A stretch of 64,000 nt of DNA, taken from contig NIVC01001974.1 in assembly GCA_002269645.1 (NCBI GenBank), forward strand, positions 153,002 through 217,001. The letters run 5' to 3'. Within the stretch, counting starts at the first letter, position 1. Every line of letters starts with the position of its first letter. The notes under the pieces were generated by a model. It saw only the letters and a program-made list of their open reading frames with translations. It did not search any database and had not been told where the DNA came from. The position numbers were made by a program, and so were the translations under genes. Shown one piece after another: positions 12,096 to 26,400 of this stretch. The DNA comes from Macrostomum lignano. Its lineage: Eukaryota.

Positions 12096-12652
12096 TGAGT
12101 GAGTGTCAGATTCTGTTTCTAAGACAGCGGTATTGTCTCAGATTTCTAAGAAATTTGGGTCTATTAGAACTGATTTGAATATAACACCGGATTAGAATTT
12201 TAGATTAATTAAAACAATGGGTGTCAGTAGTTGGCCCAGATTATCTTTGAGACAAAGGTTCGCATTAGGCGGATTAAAAAAGTGCAAAAACTTAAAATTA
12301 GCAAACCTTATCAAAATCGAACGGTAAGCCCATGGAGAATGTACTCAGCCCGCGGCCTGCCCAGGTCATCAACAGATTGTCTCAAAGCAGCTGCCGGAGA
12401 CTGGATTAAAACCTCTGATGAGGCTGATGAATCCTGATCCCCTTATTGCTCAGCCGGCTTTGCAGGCCTCCGCTCCATTTCTAGTCTCGGGGATTAATGC
12501 ATTGCAGGCTGAGATGGCTTTTTGTTTTAAGATGGATTAGAGGCTAATACGCCCAGATAATTGAGAGCGGGGGGGCGCGACGCTCTCACAGTGCAAATGC
12601 TGAGGCGGCAGAGTGAGGATGCGCTTCCTTGATTAAGTTGGAGACGGGGTCT

Positions 12653-14260
12653 AGTGAGTGAGTGAGTGAGTGAGTGAGTGAGTGAGTGAGTGAGTGAGTG
12701 AGTGAGTGAGTGAGTGAGTGAGTGAGTGAGTGAGTGAGTGAGTGAGTGAGTGAGTGAGTGAGTGAGTGAGTGAGTGAGTGAGTGAGTGAGTGAGTGAGTG
12801 AGTGAGTGAGTGAGTGAGTGAGTGAGTGAGTGAGTGAGTGAGTGAGTGAGTGAGTGAGTGAGTGAGAGTGAGTGAGTGAGGAGTGAGTGAGTGAGTGAGT
12901 GAGTGAGAGTGAGTGAGTGAGGAGTGAGTGAGTGAGTGAGTGAGTGAGTGAGTGAGTGAGTGAGTGAATGAGTGAGTGAGAGTGAGTGAGTGAGGAGTGA
13001 GTGAGTGAGTGAGAGTGAGTGAGTGAGGAGTGAGTGAGTGAGTGAGTGAGTGAGTGAGTGAATGAGTGAGTGAGTGAGTGAGTGAGTGAGTGAGTGAGTG
13101 AGTGAGTGAGTGACTGAGTGAGTGAGTGAGTGAGTGAGTGAGTGAGTGAGTGAGTGAGTGAGTGAGTGAGTGAGTGAGTGAGTGAGTGAGTGAGAGTGAG
13201 TGAGTGAGGAGTGAGTGAGTGAGTGAGTGAGTGAGAGTGAGTGAGTGAGAGTGAGTGAGTGAATGAGTGAGTGAGTGAGTGAATGAGTGAGTGAGTGAGT
13301 GAGTGAGTGAGTGAGTGAGTGAGTGAGTGAGTGAGTGAGAGTGAGTGAGTGAGGAGTGAGTGAGTGAGTTAGTGAGTGAGTGAGTGAGTGAGTGAGTGAG
13401 TGAATGAGTGAGTGAGAGTGAGTGAGTGAGGAGTGAGTGAGTGAGAGTGAGTGAGTGAGGAGTGAGTGAGTGAGTGAGTGAGTGAGTGAGTGAATGAGTG
13501 AGTAAGTGAGTGAGTGAATGAGTGAGTGAGTGAGTGAGTGAGTGAGTGAGTGAGTGAGTGAGTGAGTGAGTGAGTGAGTGAGTGAGTGAGTGAGTGAATG
13601 AGTGAGTGAGTGAGTGAGTGAGTGAATGAGTGAGTGAGTGAGTGAGTGAGTGAGTGAGTGAGTGAATGAGTGAGTGAGTGAGTGAATGAGTGAGTAAGTG
13701 AGTGAGTGAATGAGTGAGTAAGTGAGTGAGTGAGTGAGTGAGTGAGTGAGTGAGTGAGTGAGTGAGTGAGTGAGTGAATGAGTGAGTGAGTGAGTAAGTG
13801 AGTGAGTGAGTGAGTGAGTGAGTGAGTGAGTGAGTGAGTGAGTGAGTGAGTGAGTGAGTGAGTGAGTGAGTGAGTGAGTGAGTGAGTGAGTGAGTGAGTG
13901 AGTGAGTGAGTGAGTGAATGAGTGAGTAAGTGAGTGAGTGAATGAGTGAGTGAGTGAGTGAATGAGTGAGTAAGTGAGTGAGTGAATGAGTGAGTAAGTG
14001 AGTGAGTGAGTGAGTGAGTGAGTGAGTGAGTGAGTGAGTGAGTGAGTGAGTGAGTGAGTGAGTGAGTGAATGAGTGAGTGAGTGAGTGAGTGAGTGAATG
14101 AGTGAGTGAGTGAATGAGTGAGTGAGTGAGTGAGTGAGTGAGTGAGTGAGTGAGTGAGTGAGTGAGTGAGTGAGTGAGTGAGTGAGTGAGTGAGTGAGTG
14201 AATGAGTGAGTGAGTGAGTGAATGAGTGAGTGAGTGAGTGAGTGAATGATTGAGTGAGTG
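12653..14260. repeat. (GAGT)n microsatellite, ~1.6 kb
   Basis: Direct reading. Confidence 0.97.
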
Positions 14261-15142
14261 CCTGCGCACAGTATTGGCGCACTTGCATGTACTCAGGAGT
14301 CAGCTGAATGAGCAGAACTGCTTCAGAGCTGGGGTTCGGAATTATGTCGCCGAAGTAAAACCGACGCATACAAGTCGCTGAATTAATCATGTCTTCAATC
14401 TACGCTACTAGCTTTTTAAGCTGGTAAGATCCCACCAGTTGGGAAACTTAGCAGTTCCCGCATTGGCCCCGGTGAGCATGAGCACAGAGTTTCACATTTC
14501 CTGTCTTCTCCGCAGATCGCTGACGCATGCAGTCGCCGCGGTGGTCACCCCGGCAGTCACGCGCAACCCTGAAGTTCCCCTATACTTCAGCGGCTACTTG
14601 AAAGGCCGGGGGTGGTTTAAATAAAGAAAATTGTCAAACTCGAGGCGTCGTTGGAAAAAAGGCGAAAGCGTTCCGACGCCTTCGAAGTAAATCTAGAAAG
14701 GAAGGAAGACGAAGAAAAATTAAAAGAGGAGATCGGGCGGGTGAAATTGACCGCCCAGGCGGGGATCCTCTTGAGCTTGCATGGATTGCTCAATTTCCTT
14801 TCGTCATATTATAGAAAGTCGGTCTATCTTCTACTTTAGTTTGAGAGAGGAACTGCTCCTCCCTAGGCGAATAAAGCGTGAAAAATTGAGTAGAAATTTG
14901 GCACCTCTGGAGCAGCGGAAGCGGGGCTGAGATCTCATGCATGCGTAGAGCTGTCGGTCTGTTTACAGTGGGGTATCGAAATTCACAGCTCTACTGCTAT
15001 TGGCTGGCGGCTTGAGAGGCCAGAAAGCAGAATCTTTACAATTGTTTTTTATACTATATCAACCAATTGCCTACGATTTGTCTCAAAAATTGAACTCAAC
15101 TGAACACTTTCGGCTCCTAAAAATTGTCAACAACATTAACAG

Positions 15143-17830
15143 CATCTGCAATACCGGAAGCAGCAAAAACAAAAGAAACAGCAGAAGCAACAACAGAAGA
15201 AACAGCAAAAGAAACAGCAGAAGCAACAGCAAAAGAAAGAGCAGAAGCAACAGCAGAAGCAACAGCAGAAGCAACAGCAGAAGCAACAGCAGAAGCAACA
15301 GCAGAAGAAACAGCAGAAGAAACAGCAAAAGCAACAGCAGAAGCAACAGCAGAAGCAACAACAAAAGAAACAGCAGAAGAAACAGCAGAAGCAACAGCAA
15401 AAGCAACAGCAGAAGAAACAGCAGAAGCAACAGCAGAAGCAACAGCAGAAGCAACAGCAGAAGCAACAGCAGAAGCAACAACAAAAGAAACAGCAGAAGA
15501 AACAGCAGAAGCAACAGCAAAAGCAACAGCAGAAGCAACAGCAGCAGCAACAGCAGAAGCAACAACAAAAGAAACAGCAGAAGAAACAGCAGAAGCAACA
15601 GCAAAAGCAACAACAAAAGAAACAGCAGAAGAAACAGCAGAAGCAACAGCAAAAGAAACTACAGCAGCAGAAATGTTGGCAGTGTCAGCAACAGCAATCG
15701 CCCTGATGGTTCTGCTCGGCACAGCGGGCAACATTGCCGTGGTATACGGCATGGCCCGTTTCGGCCGGGCCTCCAGCCCGTACTTCTTCATCATCACAAT
15801 GATGGCCGCCATCGATCTCCTGGTCTGCCTGGTTGACGTACCGGTCTACGCAGTTTTCACCCTGAATTCATTCGAATGGCCGCTGCCCGAGTTGCTGTGC
15901 AAGCCCTACCTGATTTTGGACTACCTGCTGTGCAGCATGTCGTCTTACTGCGTCGCTATTCTGAGCTTCGATCGTTGCGTCTTGGTCTTCGAGCCGTTGC
16001 GCTATCAGAAGCTGCAAACCAGGCGAAAGATTCTCTGCATCTTGGCTGGGGCATTTACTCTGGCTAATTTCCACACGCCGCTCATCCTGCTGTGGCCGGA
16101 TGCTGGCCAGAGCTCGAGCAACAGCAGCAGTCTGACAGCCTCTGCTAGAACCTGCGCAGTCCAGTACGAGGAGCATCTGGGCATCCAGTTTGGCGGAGTT
16201 ATGATTCAATTCTTTCTACCGTTCGCCGCCACGGTGATCAGCAGCGGGCTGGTGTACCACCGCATGACCCGCAGGAAGCGGCTGTTCTTCAACGTTCAAG
16301 ACGGTCTGGCTCACTTCACCAGGCAGAACTCCATGGTCAGACAGGCCAATAAGGCTAGCAGGAAGGCTGGGCGGTGGCTGATTCTGTTTGACTCGGTCTA
16401 CACTGCCATGTGGCTGCCCTGCATGGCGATGGTGCTGGCCCGGTGCGCCGTGTCTGCCGACCTGTTCTCGCCTGGTCAGCCGCTGTTTCACCTGTTCCAG
16501 GTGGGTAGCCAGACAAATATTGCTTGAAGGAGTCGATTATATGATTTAGAAATTCACTATCGATAATATTATGTCAATTGGTAGATAAAGCAGTCGATTG
16601 GTAGATAAGGTAGTCGATTGGTAGATAGGGTAGTTGATTGGTATATCAATTAGTGGATTAGTAGATATACACTGTAAGGTAGTCGATTGGTAGATAAGGT
16701 AGTCTATTGGTAGATAAGATAGTCGATTAGTAGATTCTATATAAGGTAGTCGATTGGTAGATATAGAGTAGTCGATTGGTAGATATAAGGTAATCGATTG
16801 GTAGATATATTAGTAAATATAAAGTTAGTTGATTGGTAGATAAGGTAGTCGATTAGTAGATATACACTGCAAGGTAGTCGATTGGTAGATAAGGTAGTCT
16901 ATTGGTAGATAAGATAGTCGATTAGTAGATTCTATATAAGGTAGTCGATTGGTAGATATAAAGTAGTCGATTGGTAGATATAAGGTAGTCGATTGGTAGA
17001 TATAAGGTAGTCGATTGGTAGATATAAGGTAGTCGATTGTTAGATATAAGGTAGTCGATTGGTAGATATAAGGTAGTCGATTGGTAGATATAAGGTAGTC
17101 GATTGGTAGATATAAGGTAGTCGATTGGTAGATATAAGGTAGTCGATTGGTAGATATAAAGTAGTCGATTGGTAGATATAAGGTAGTCGATTGGTAGATA
17201 TAAGGTAGTCGATTGTTAGATATAAGGTAGTCGATTGGTAGATATAAGGTAGTCGATTGGTAGATATAAGGTAGTCGATTGGTAGATATAAGGTAGTCGT
17301 ACATTGGTAGATAAGGTAGTTGTAGATTGGTAGTTAAGGTAGTCTTAGATTGGTAGATAAGGCAGTTGTAAATTGGTAGATAATTTAGTCGATTGGTAAC
17401 TAAGGTACTCGATTGGTAGATAAGAAAATGCAACCATAAATAGGTAATAAATTTTCCAATTCACCAATTTTTGTTAATTTCCATGATAGCGGATACAACC
17501 TTACCATTATTTTTGGCTCTGAACACCTGCCTGCAGGTATGCTGGTGGCTGCTCCTATGCAACAGCGCAGTCAACCCGTTCTTATACATCCAGTCCTGCG
17601 ATCCTGTCTGCCACTTCTACCTCAGCCAGTTCTGCTGCTGCTGTCCCTGCGTTGTGAGGCGTTCTGACCTTCGATCTAGGCGAACCAGCTCGGTGATGTA
17701 CCAGCAGCAGCATCATCAGCATCATCAACAGCACCATCATCTGTCGCTATCTTTGCAGCCATCTCAGGAGCCTCTGACTCTGGCGAGGTGTCACTCGTTC
17801 AATCAAGGAGGTATATTTGTCTGTGCCTGA
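15143..17830 (+). CDS. Rhodopsin-like (class A) GPCR, aminergic/histamine-muscarinic-like; exons <=15673-16500 and 17537-17830; start uncertain (first in-frame ATG 15673, candidate acceptor at 15142)
   Basis: TM1 GN, TM2 AAIDLLV, TM3 Cys and SFDRC (DRY-like), TM6 MWLP. The phase-0 intron CAG|GTGGGT...CTGCAG| joins to TM7 WWLLLCNSAVNPFLY (NPxxY). Confidence 0.9.
15165..15672 (+). repeat. (GCA/ACA/GAA/AAA) triplet-based repeat, in frame with the GPCR as an E/A/T/K-rich stalk
   Basis: 12-nt core gcaacagcagaa; all variants are whole codons. Confidence 0.9.
16575..17430. repeat. 22-bp minisatellite (ggtagatataaggtagtcgatt) filling the GPCR intron
   Basis: Period 22 (17101, 17123, ...). Confidence 0.95.
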
Positions 17831-18394
17831 TAAGATTGCATAGAAATATGCTTGATTTTAGCAATTAACCATGCAAGTGAAAATTGACAAAAAAGTTGTC
17901 AGAACCTGTTTTGACCGGCATATCGACAAACTTGTATGTGCTCATGCTCAGGAGTCAGGGGAATTTGCAGAATTGCCTCAGCCAGAGCTGATTGCATGGG
18001 ACAATGTCTAGCTATTAATCCCATCATTTTCAACGGCAAGGTACTCGCCTGGAGCTGCTGCCATCGACTGTAGCGTCGCGAATCTCGAACGTTGACACGC
18101 CTACAACTCCCGACAACATGTCCTGTCAAGTCGGCATCAGCCGGTCAGCCACGTACAGCAGCTGCAATTCCAGAACTCTGCTGCTAGTAGCAGCCGGCGG
18201 CAACCGGGGGCCAGCCGGCAAACCTGGCGCTCCATGATTGACAGTTGAAATATCGATTGAGATTTCGATCGTTTTCATTCCATCTTTGCAATGCAATCTT
18301 CATTATATTTAAATTTTGACTAGTTAGGAGTTTAATTTGTCTGGAATTAAACAGGTAAGTCCTTTGTTTGTTGATTGATAATTTCTATTGTTTA

Positions 18395-18755
18395 TGTCTA
18401 CGGTATGTCAACGATATATCCACGGTATTTCTATAGTATGTCTACAGTACGTCTACGGTATGTCTACGGTATGTCTACGGTATGTCTACGGTATGTCTAT
18501 GGTATGTCTACTGCAAGTCTTTGGTATGTAAACGATGCGCCTACGGTGTACCCATAGTGTGTCTACGGTATGTGTACTGTATGTCTACTGTATGTCTACG
18601 GTATGTCTACGGTATGTCTACGGTATGTCTACTGTATGTCTACTGTATGTCTACGGTATGTCTACTGTATGTCTACGGTATGTCTACTGTATGTCTACGG
18701 TATGTCTACGGTATGTCTACTGTATGTCTACGGTATGTCTACGGTATGTCTACGG
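18395..18755. repeat. 11-bp tandem repeat (ctacggtatgt)
   Basis: Direct reading. Confidence 0.95.
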
Positions 18756-20061
18756 TTATAAATTTACGGTTATAAATTATAAATTATAAGGTATTTATCA
18801 TTATGATTGCAAACTCTTTTAAGAAAGTGCAATAAGTATTTTGATTGTTGTTGTCGATTGCAAAACATATTTTAATATTAACATTTTACATAAAACTGTT
18901 TCCCACCTAGGAAAAATTAATGTAAAAAGCATAATTTGCGAGCATACGATTTCTCTGTTCTAGCACAGTAAAGTACATGTACTGAGTTCATACTGCAGTA
19001 GTCTAATGGACCAGTGAATTGTTGTATATCACTCCAATTTTTCGCGCTCATTGAAATTTGCTTTATCTCAAATATTTTTGTCGTTTTTATCGGTGATGAC
19101 AATTATTTGTGTTTTATTTTTTATAATTGTATAATGCAAGTACTTCTAATCTAGAGCATTAATTTATATGCAAATTCATTGTACGTACTTAGTAGGCTTA
19201 GTAGGTCGCTGAACTCTAAAAAACGGTTGCAAATTTTGCTGCAAAAAAGAATTTCATGCAGTGCAATAAAGTTTGATAAACTCGTGAATATATGAATCGG
19301 AAGTGCAGAAGGTCAATATAGTCAACTAATTTTTTTGCAGCGACATATGATGTGCTTAGATATATTAATTATCAGGATCATAATCACACATAAAGACCAA
19401 ACTCACAGCAATCAATATAAGTCCATTCACAGCCCTTAAACAGTCATAAACTATTCTCATTGTCATTTTTCGTACGAACTCATTTTGTTCTGCGCACTCT
19501 TGGCTCCATTGGTAACTCAATAAAAAGTGTACACCAAGCTCTCAAATGTCTTTTAATACGTCCACCGGATGTGGTCGACCATTCCTTCCCCCCTCCCAGG
19601 TGAAAAAGTACCAAGCAAAGTTTCTGAGCACAGTCATCGAATCATCGATCAGGCAATTCATTATGATTAACCCGCCAGATGCCGCGTGAACCCTCGCGGC
19701 AGCAAATGTGGTGGCAGGATATCGCGCTGCCTCCGGTTCTATCGGCATATGGCCAGGCTAAAATCCCAGGAAGAAAATTAGCATAGATGATTATCTATCG
19801 GTAGCCCAAATAGCCTCAAGCCGCTTGGGCTCGCATCGCCCCCCCCCGTTGATCTGCTTCATTATTCAAACATTTGATATCTCTTTTTATTATTGCTGGC
19901 TAACTAATTCTCCGCCAAATGTAACGTTACAGTTTTAGCGCGTGCGACGATATAACGGTCTCTGTGAATAATGCTAAATATAGCTGACTAATGGCTGAAT
20001 AATATGATTTTCCATTCTTAGATTGAAGGACCAGATTTGCACTATAGCTGTATTGTAACTG

Positions 20062-20997
<936 letters not shown>

Positions 20998-23409
20998 TGT
21001 TCAGCGATTGGTTAATTTTACCTATACAGGCACATTGAAGCTCCTTGTAAAATAGTCTTGCAACGGGCCGAAGCAGCAAAACCAAATAGCTCGCATGATT
21101 GGCGTTAAACTTAATGGAACAATATTATTGTCCTTATTCTGATAGCAACATTTTATTACCTCCATGCCGCCAAAGAAAACGCAGAGGAATTCATGGAGCT
21201 TACTGGAATTGCGGCGTATGAAAGCCGCATGCTCCTCGGGTGATCGACAGACGGCGCCATATCCGGTTGGAAATTTGAAAAGTTTAATAGTGCAGTAGCT
21301 GTACCATTTAGCTAGTCTATATCACACCTCACTCGTACCGCAAACGGGAATGTCGGGGAGCATCGTGTGCAAACAGATAAGCTATGAGGGCTTGTTCCTT
21401 CAGCAATAAAGAATTATATTGTTTTTCAAACTAAAAAACCTGGCTTATATGCTTTCGTCAAATAAAAACAGGTAGATATATATATACGAGAACTCGATCT
21501 ACATGTAGCATCTTGCGTTCTTGGCGTTTATTTCTGTGTAGTATAGACAGAACATGTAGGTTCAACACCGTGATGCGGAAGTCCGAGCGCGCCCGCTCGA
21601 GAACAAACAACACTAACGCCATGGGTAGATTTTGCTAGCGGACGCGACTTACTCCAGAAGCAGCTACAAAGCCCGCAATGTTTATTGCTGCAGGCTTAAC
21701 GGCCAACGCCGGAAGGCATGTGGCATATTCACCATGAGAAGGTTAGCACCACTGGTCTCGAGGTAGGAATCACAGACTGGTACACTGTGATCTGCGCCTG
21801 CAGAGGGACCTGCTGTTGCACCGACCACCGATCGAGTCAGCAGCCGAAGCGTTGTCTCGTGCCTGGCAAAACCCACCCGTGAGAAGCCGCTTTACTGCAG
21901 CCTTGTTGAGGCTCTCAAAGGGGAGCCCAGCTACTTCCACAGCTTTACTCAGACATCTGTACTCAGACATCTGTACTCAGACATCTATGCCTCTATCTAT
22001 TGTGCCGTCACAAGCTGGACTGCCTCTGGCAAAAACGGTGGTAAAACGGCATGACTGTATGGACAAGACGGCGAAGGCGAACTAATTAAATAGAGTAACG
22101 GACAACCCCGCAGGGGCCAAGCAGAGAAGCCCCGGCAGAGACTTTTAAAACGCGGCAGTGCTTTTTTAACGTGGACCCGCCATATTGATCCATGAAATAA
22201 TTGCCGCTGGTCCGAACAAGAGAAGCACGTTGTCTGGACGGCCTTAACTAGCTGACGGGCCGCAGTTGCGACACAACGCACTAAATCTGGCTGGGTGAAA
22301 CATCCTAAAAGAGACGAAACAAGCTACCAGACTTCTTTTCCGGCATAATCAATGCGCTTCTGCCACCGCGTGAGACAACTAATTGCATTTAACTGATCGC
22401 AAATCATAAACCAACGCGGACTGACAAGATCTGCGCTTGCATGCTCATTTCGACAGTAAGCAATTCGGCTTTGCTTAAGTTGTTGACTGTGTTTTGTGGT
22501 TGTTTTTTAAAAAGAACAGGCTGGTGGGGAATATGCACAACGGCTTTAATTTAAATACGGCTAGGCTACTCTGCAATGCGTTCGGTGTTTTCTAAGAAAG
22601 TTGCAGCTTTTTAATTTTCTTACGCATGACAACTTGCTTGCAAACCCGGGCTTGCCACGCCCCACGCCCCCGGCCAAATCGGCCAGCGTCCTGGCAAACA
22701 AGTTCGACGTTCTATTAAGCTTAGCTTTAATGCAAAGAATGATCTATGAGCTAGTAGGCATTTTCCGTTATTTAATATTCTAAGAAACTTCCACTTTTGA
22801 TAATTTCATTAGTCACTTTCTGTCTTTTTTAATTGTAGCAAAAAGTAAGAGGCCAATGATTCATGATTTATGCTATGATTTATGTTAGCTAAATATCTAT
22901 AGAAAATTGTTGGTTTTAAGCATTATAAATTAAATTATAAATATATATCAATATCTAATACAAACAGGTTCAAGATTCTTAAAAGCTATGCAAATAATAA
23001 ATATTAGTTAGCTTAACCTATATATAACCAAAAATCAATAGACTAGGCCTAATAGAGAAAAGTAGCTTTTACAATAAATAATAAACTATAGAAAATAAAA
23101 TAGAGAATAAAGTAATGAATGAACATTAGATATTATTTACTCAAAAAATTCTATGCCAATGCATTTCCACTGTAAAAGTAGCTTATAGAGATATACAATG
23201 TAACAACAACAAAACAACATAATATATAATATAATTTTTTTGAGCAAAAAAGTTGGACTTAGATAGAGGAATAATAGAAAAAGAAGAGAGATACATTTTA
23301 AATTTTTTACAAATTAGTTTAAGTATTTTTTTATTTAAAATACTTTTAAATGCAATTGAATTTTTTAAATTTTCTTTTTAACTTGCTTATATATATTCTG
23401 AATTTCTAG

Positions 23410-26400
23410 GAAGGAGTGCAGCAAGCAAAAAAGGAATTTGCCAAAGCAGTGGCAAAATATATTGAAGCTTATCTACTACTGACTTCACCTTATATGAAGC
23501 ATCAGAATGTAGAGATGATTTCTAAATTTTTAACCTATGCATCTTCCCTGCAAGAGGCAAGTATTATTTGAAAGAAATAATTTTCAAATTCTATTTGCAA
23601 TCTTATTCATTAATGCTGTTGTCTTTCTTTTTTAGATGCTTACAAAATTGGACAGTTCTAATGAACAGCAGTTAAAATTAATTTCTAGTTTAATAACACA
23701 TTCTGTGTCTCATCTCTGCCCTGAATTGGCAACTGTGCTCACCTATGACAGCTTAAGAAATGGGGTTGCACTCATGATTCAGGTTTGTTGGCAGACTGCT
23801 CTTATAATAAATCAATTATAATTCGGTTTCAGGCTATCTCTTGCTCACATATTTCATTAAGGTTGATTAGTGAATCATAGTAGCAAAAGTAAACAATGAT
23901 AGAATGAACTGAAGACAAAACACCATGACAGAGGGTTTACGAGAATTGCTTCACATAGATTATCCTGCCTGCCATTGAGTATATCTAAGGGGCGCCAGCG
24001 CCAGCTACAGATGGGGCGCCAGCTACAGATGGGGCGCCAGCTACAGGGGGCACCAGCTACAGAGGGGGCGCCAGCTACAGAGGGGGCGCCAGCTACAGAG
24101 GGGGCGCCAGCCACAGAGGGGGCGCCAGCTTCAGAGGGGGCGCCAGCTACAGAGGGGGCGCCAGTTACATATGGGGCGCCAGCCACAGAGGGGGCGCCAG
24201 CCACAGAGGGGGCGCCAGCTACAGTGGAGCGCCAGCTTTAGGGGGGCGCCAGCTACAGAGGGGGCGCCAGCTACAGAGGGGGCGCCAGCTTTAGGGGGGC
24301 GCCAGCTACAGAGGGGGCGCCAGCTTTAGAGGGGGCGCCAGCTACAGAGGGGGCGCCAGCTACAGAGGGGGCGCCAGCTACAGAGGGGGCGCCAGCTACA
24401 GAGGAGCGCCAGCTACAGGGGGGCGCCAGCTACAGAGGCTTCAGCTAATTCGCTGACCCAAATGCAAACAGCTGCCACTCAGTCAACAGTTGCATATGAA
24501 ACTATTTATTTATAATTTTGTATTATTCATTTTTATTTTTTCTCCAAATTTTTCAGGCCATTTTGTGCAGCAGTCATGCGTCTAAGGAAGTGAAAAACTT
24601 TGTACTGACGAAATACTCAACTCAAGCAGCTCCTGTTAATGTAAGAAGATTTTCAATTTTGTTGGGATTCTTGGTATATCAAGAGTCAAGAGACTTATAT
24701 TCATTGTCAAATTTGAGTTCATCTGTAAGCATGGAGTCTTCTGCGAATTCTGCAGTGAATTGGTGGGGAAGAGATCAGATACCAAGAAACATAGTTCTCC
24801 GTCCTACTACTTGAGTAGTATGCTCTGAAAAAAAACGGATTTTTCTCGACAGAATTCGTCTACAAGCACTGTAGCGACTAAAGAATTGTGCAGTGCAGAT
24901 CGGAAAAATTTTTTCATCAATGATTGCATTTGATCTAGTTCGGTGAAAATTAGCATTCTTTTGAAGCACTTAGGGTTGGCTCGGGGTGGCCCTTGTGGGT
25001 CTTTGAATCCCACCGTTGCCACCAACGTTGTACCTGTGCTTCTCCTGCTATCTAGCACAGTGATTTGGGCTCTCCGTCTTTTCAACCGGAAGCCTTCTAT
25101 TAGCTCTTAGTAGCGTAGGTAGTGCTGCCACCAGTTCCTTCAGGTCTCAGCCTTCGATGAGGTGAGCTTCCTTTCAGAACGAAATAAACAAGTCAACGAA
25201 CTCAGCACAGCGTGCAGATTTGCAGATTAATGAACAAGGCGTTATGGTCAGCAGACCCCCCCCCCGGCTCGGGGTGGCTGAGAAGGCAGTGTTAGCCTCC
25301 CTTAGGCTTGGGCGTTTAAGTTTAGTCAGGTCAATTACAGATAGCTTAAATGGGCAGCTGAACGAAGTCTGGAAAACTAGAGTAAAGAAGAACGACAAAA
25401 AGAGGAAAGACTACAATAAGAAGACGACGAAGACAAATAAGACAAATCCTTGACTTATTTGCTGACTGAATGTTGCTCATGTTGCTCACTGAACCCAGGG
25501 TGAGGGGCACGTATTTATAGGCAGGGAATCTCCGCTGCGCCAGTGTGCGCCGGACCTCGTGACTCTGTTCTATTTTTAGAACTGACGTCACCCTCCGCCT
25601 TAGAGAAGGCAGGGTCTGCGGGTAAAGTGCACAGGGCCACATGACTCAGTATCTATTTTTAGAAACATGAGTCACTGTCACCTGTTACCTCAGAGAAGGC
25701 AAGGGCCCCGAAACACGTGATATGCACTGTGTAAGTATGTAAGTATGTATGTATGTATGTAGGATCTAATATGCAATAAAATAATGCAATTATACCTACA
25801 ATAATGGCCTTGAGAGTGCCGAAATTCTAAATTTTTATTAACAAATATACTTGATATACTTGAATATACTTGAGTCTTCACTGCCCCAGATCAAATGCAA
25901 TCATTGATTTTTGTGATGAAAAAATCACTATCTACGCGGAACGTGTATTTATTTCAGAAAATTGGCCTCCAAAAAATTACATGATCTTTGTGTTTTTACA
26001 GCCTGTTATAGTACAGTGGTCCTTGATTTGTCTATGGTGAAACCCCCTTTCAGCGCTCAACCCCATTCACCCCATTCAACTTTCAGGCTCAGCTATCTTT
26101 CATTGGCTCTCAGTTGCGCACAATATTCTCGAATAATGTGGCTTCATTTGACTCGGGCTTAGCTTGCGTGCATTCGCATCAGCTGTTAAGTAGATGTCGA
26201 TGCTACCTGCTAGCAGAGAATCAAAGCTATGATGATCCCGCTGTTGTTAATGCTGTTGTTAGGGGATATTTGCTCCATCTGATTGAGCAGTGCCCTGCTG
26301 GTATGGCGGTGAGTTCATATCGTAACAGTTGCCTTTTTAATCTATAGTGGGATGTAACATTCTAAGAATGATGATTTTTAATTTTTGTGAGGCTCCTGTG

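Noticed and set aside
12530-14860. Possible minus-strand exons either side of the (GAGT)n array
   Set aside because: Splice-like sites exist, but no consistent phase chain or recognisable protein could be built.
17900-19750. Possible small gene (donor ~18355, acceptor ~19598, VKKYQAKFL...) or minus ORF 19542-19748
   Set aside because: Both strands give short, unrecognisable frames, and there is no support to choose between them.
21680-22090. GC-rich ORFs 21816-22085 and neighbours
   Set aside because: There is no motif, the starts are non-ATG, and a 14-bp triplication interrupts the region.
25953-26036. Extra exon (KLASKKLHDLCVFTACYSTVVLDLSM) for the unknown gene
   Set aside because: It is plausible, but its entry phase is incompatible with the phase-0 donor at 24640, so it was left out of the model.
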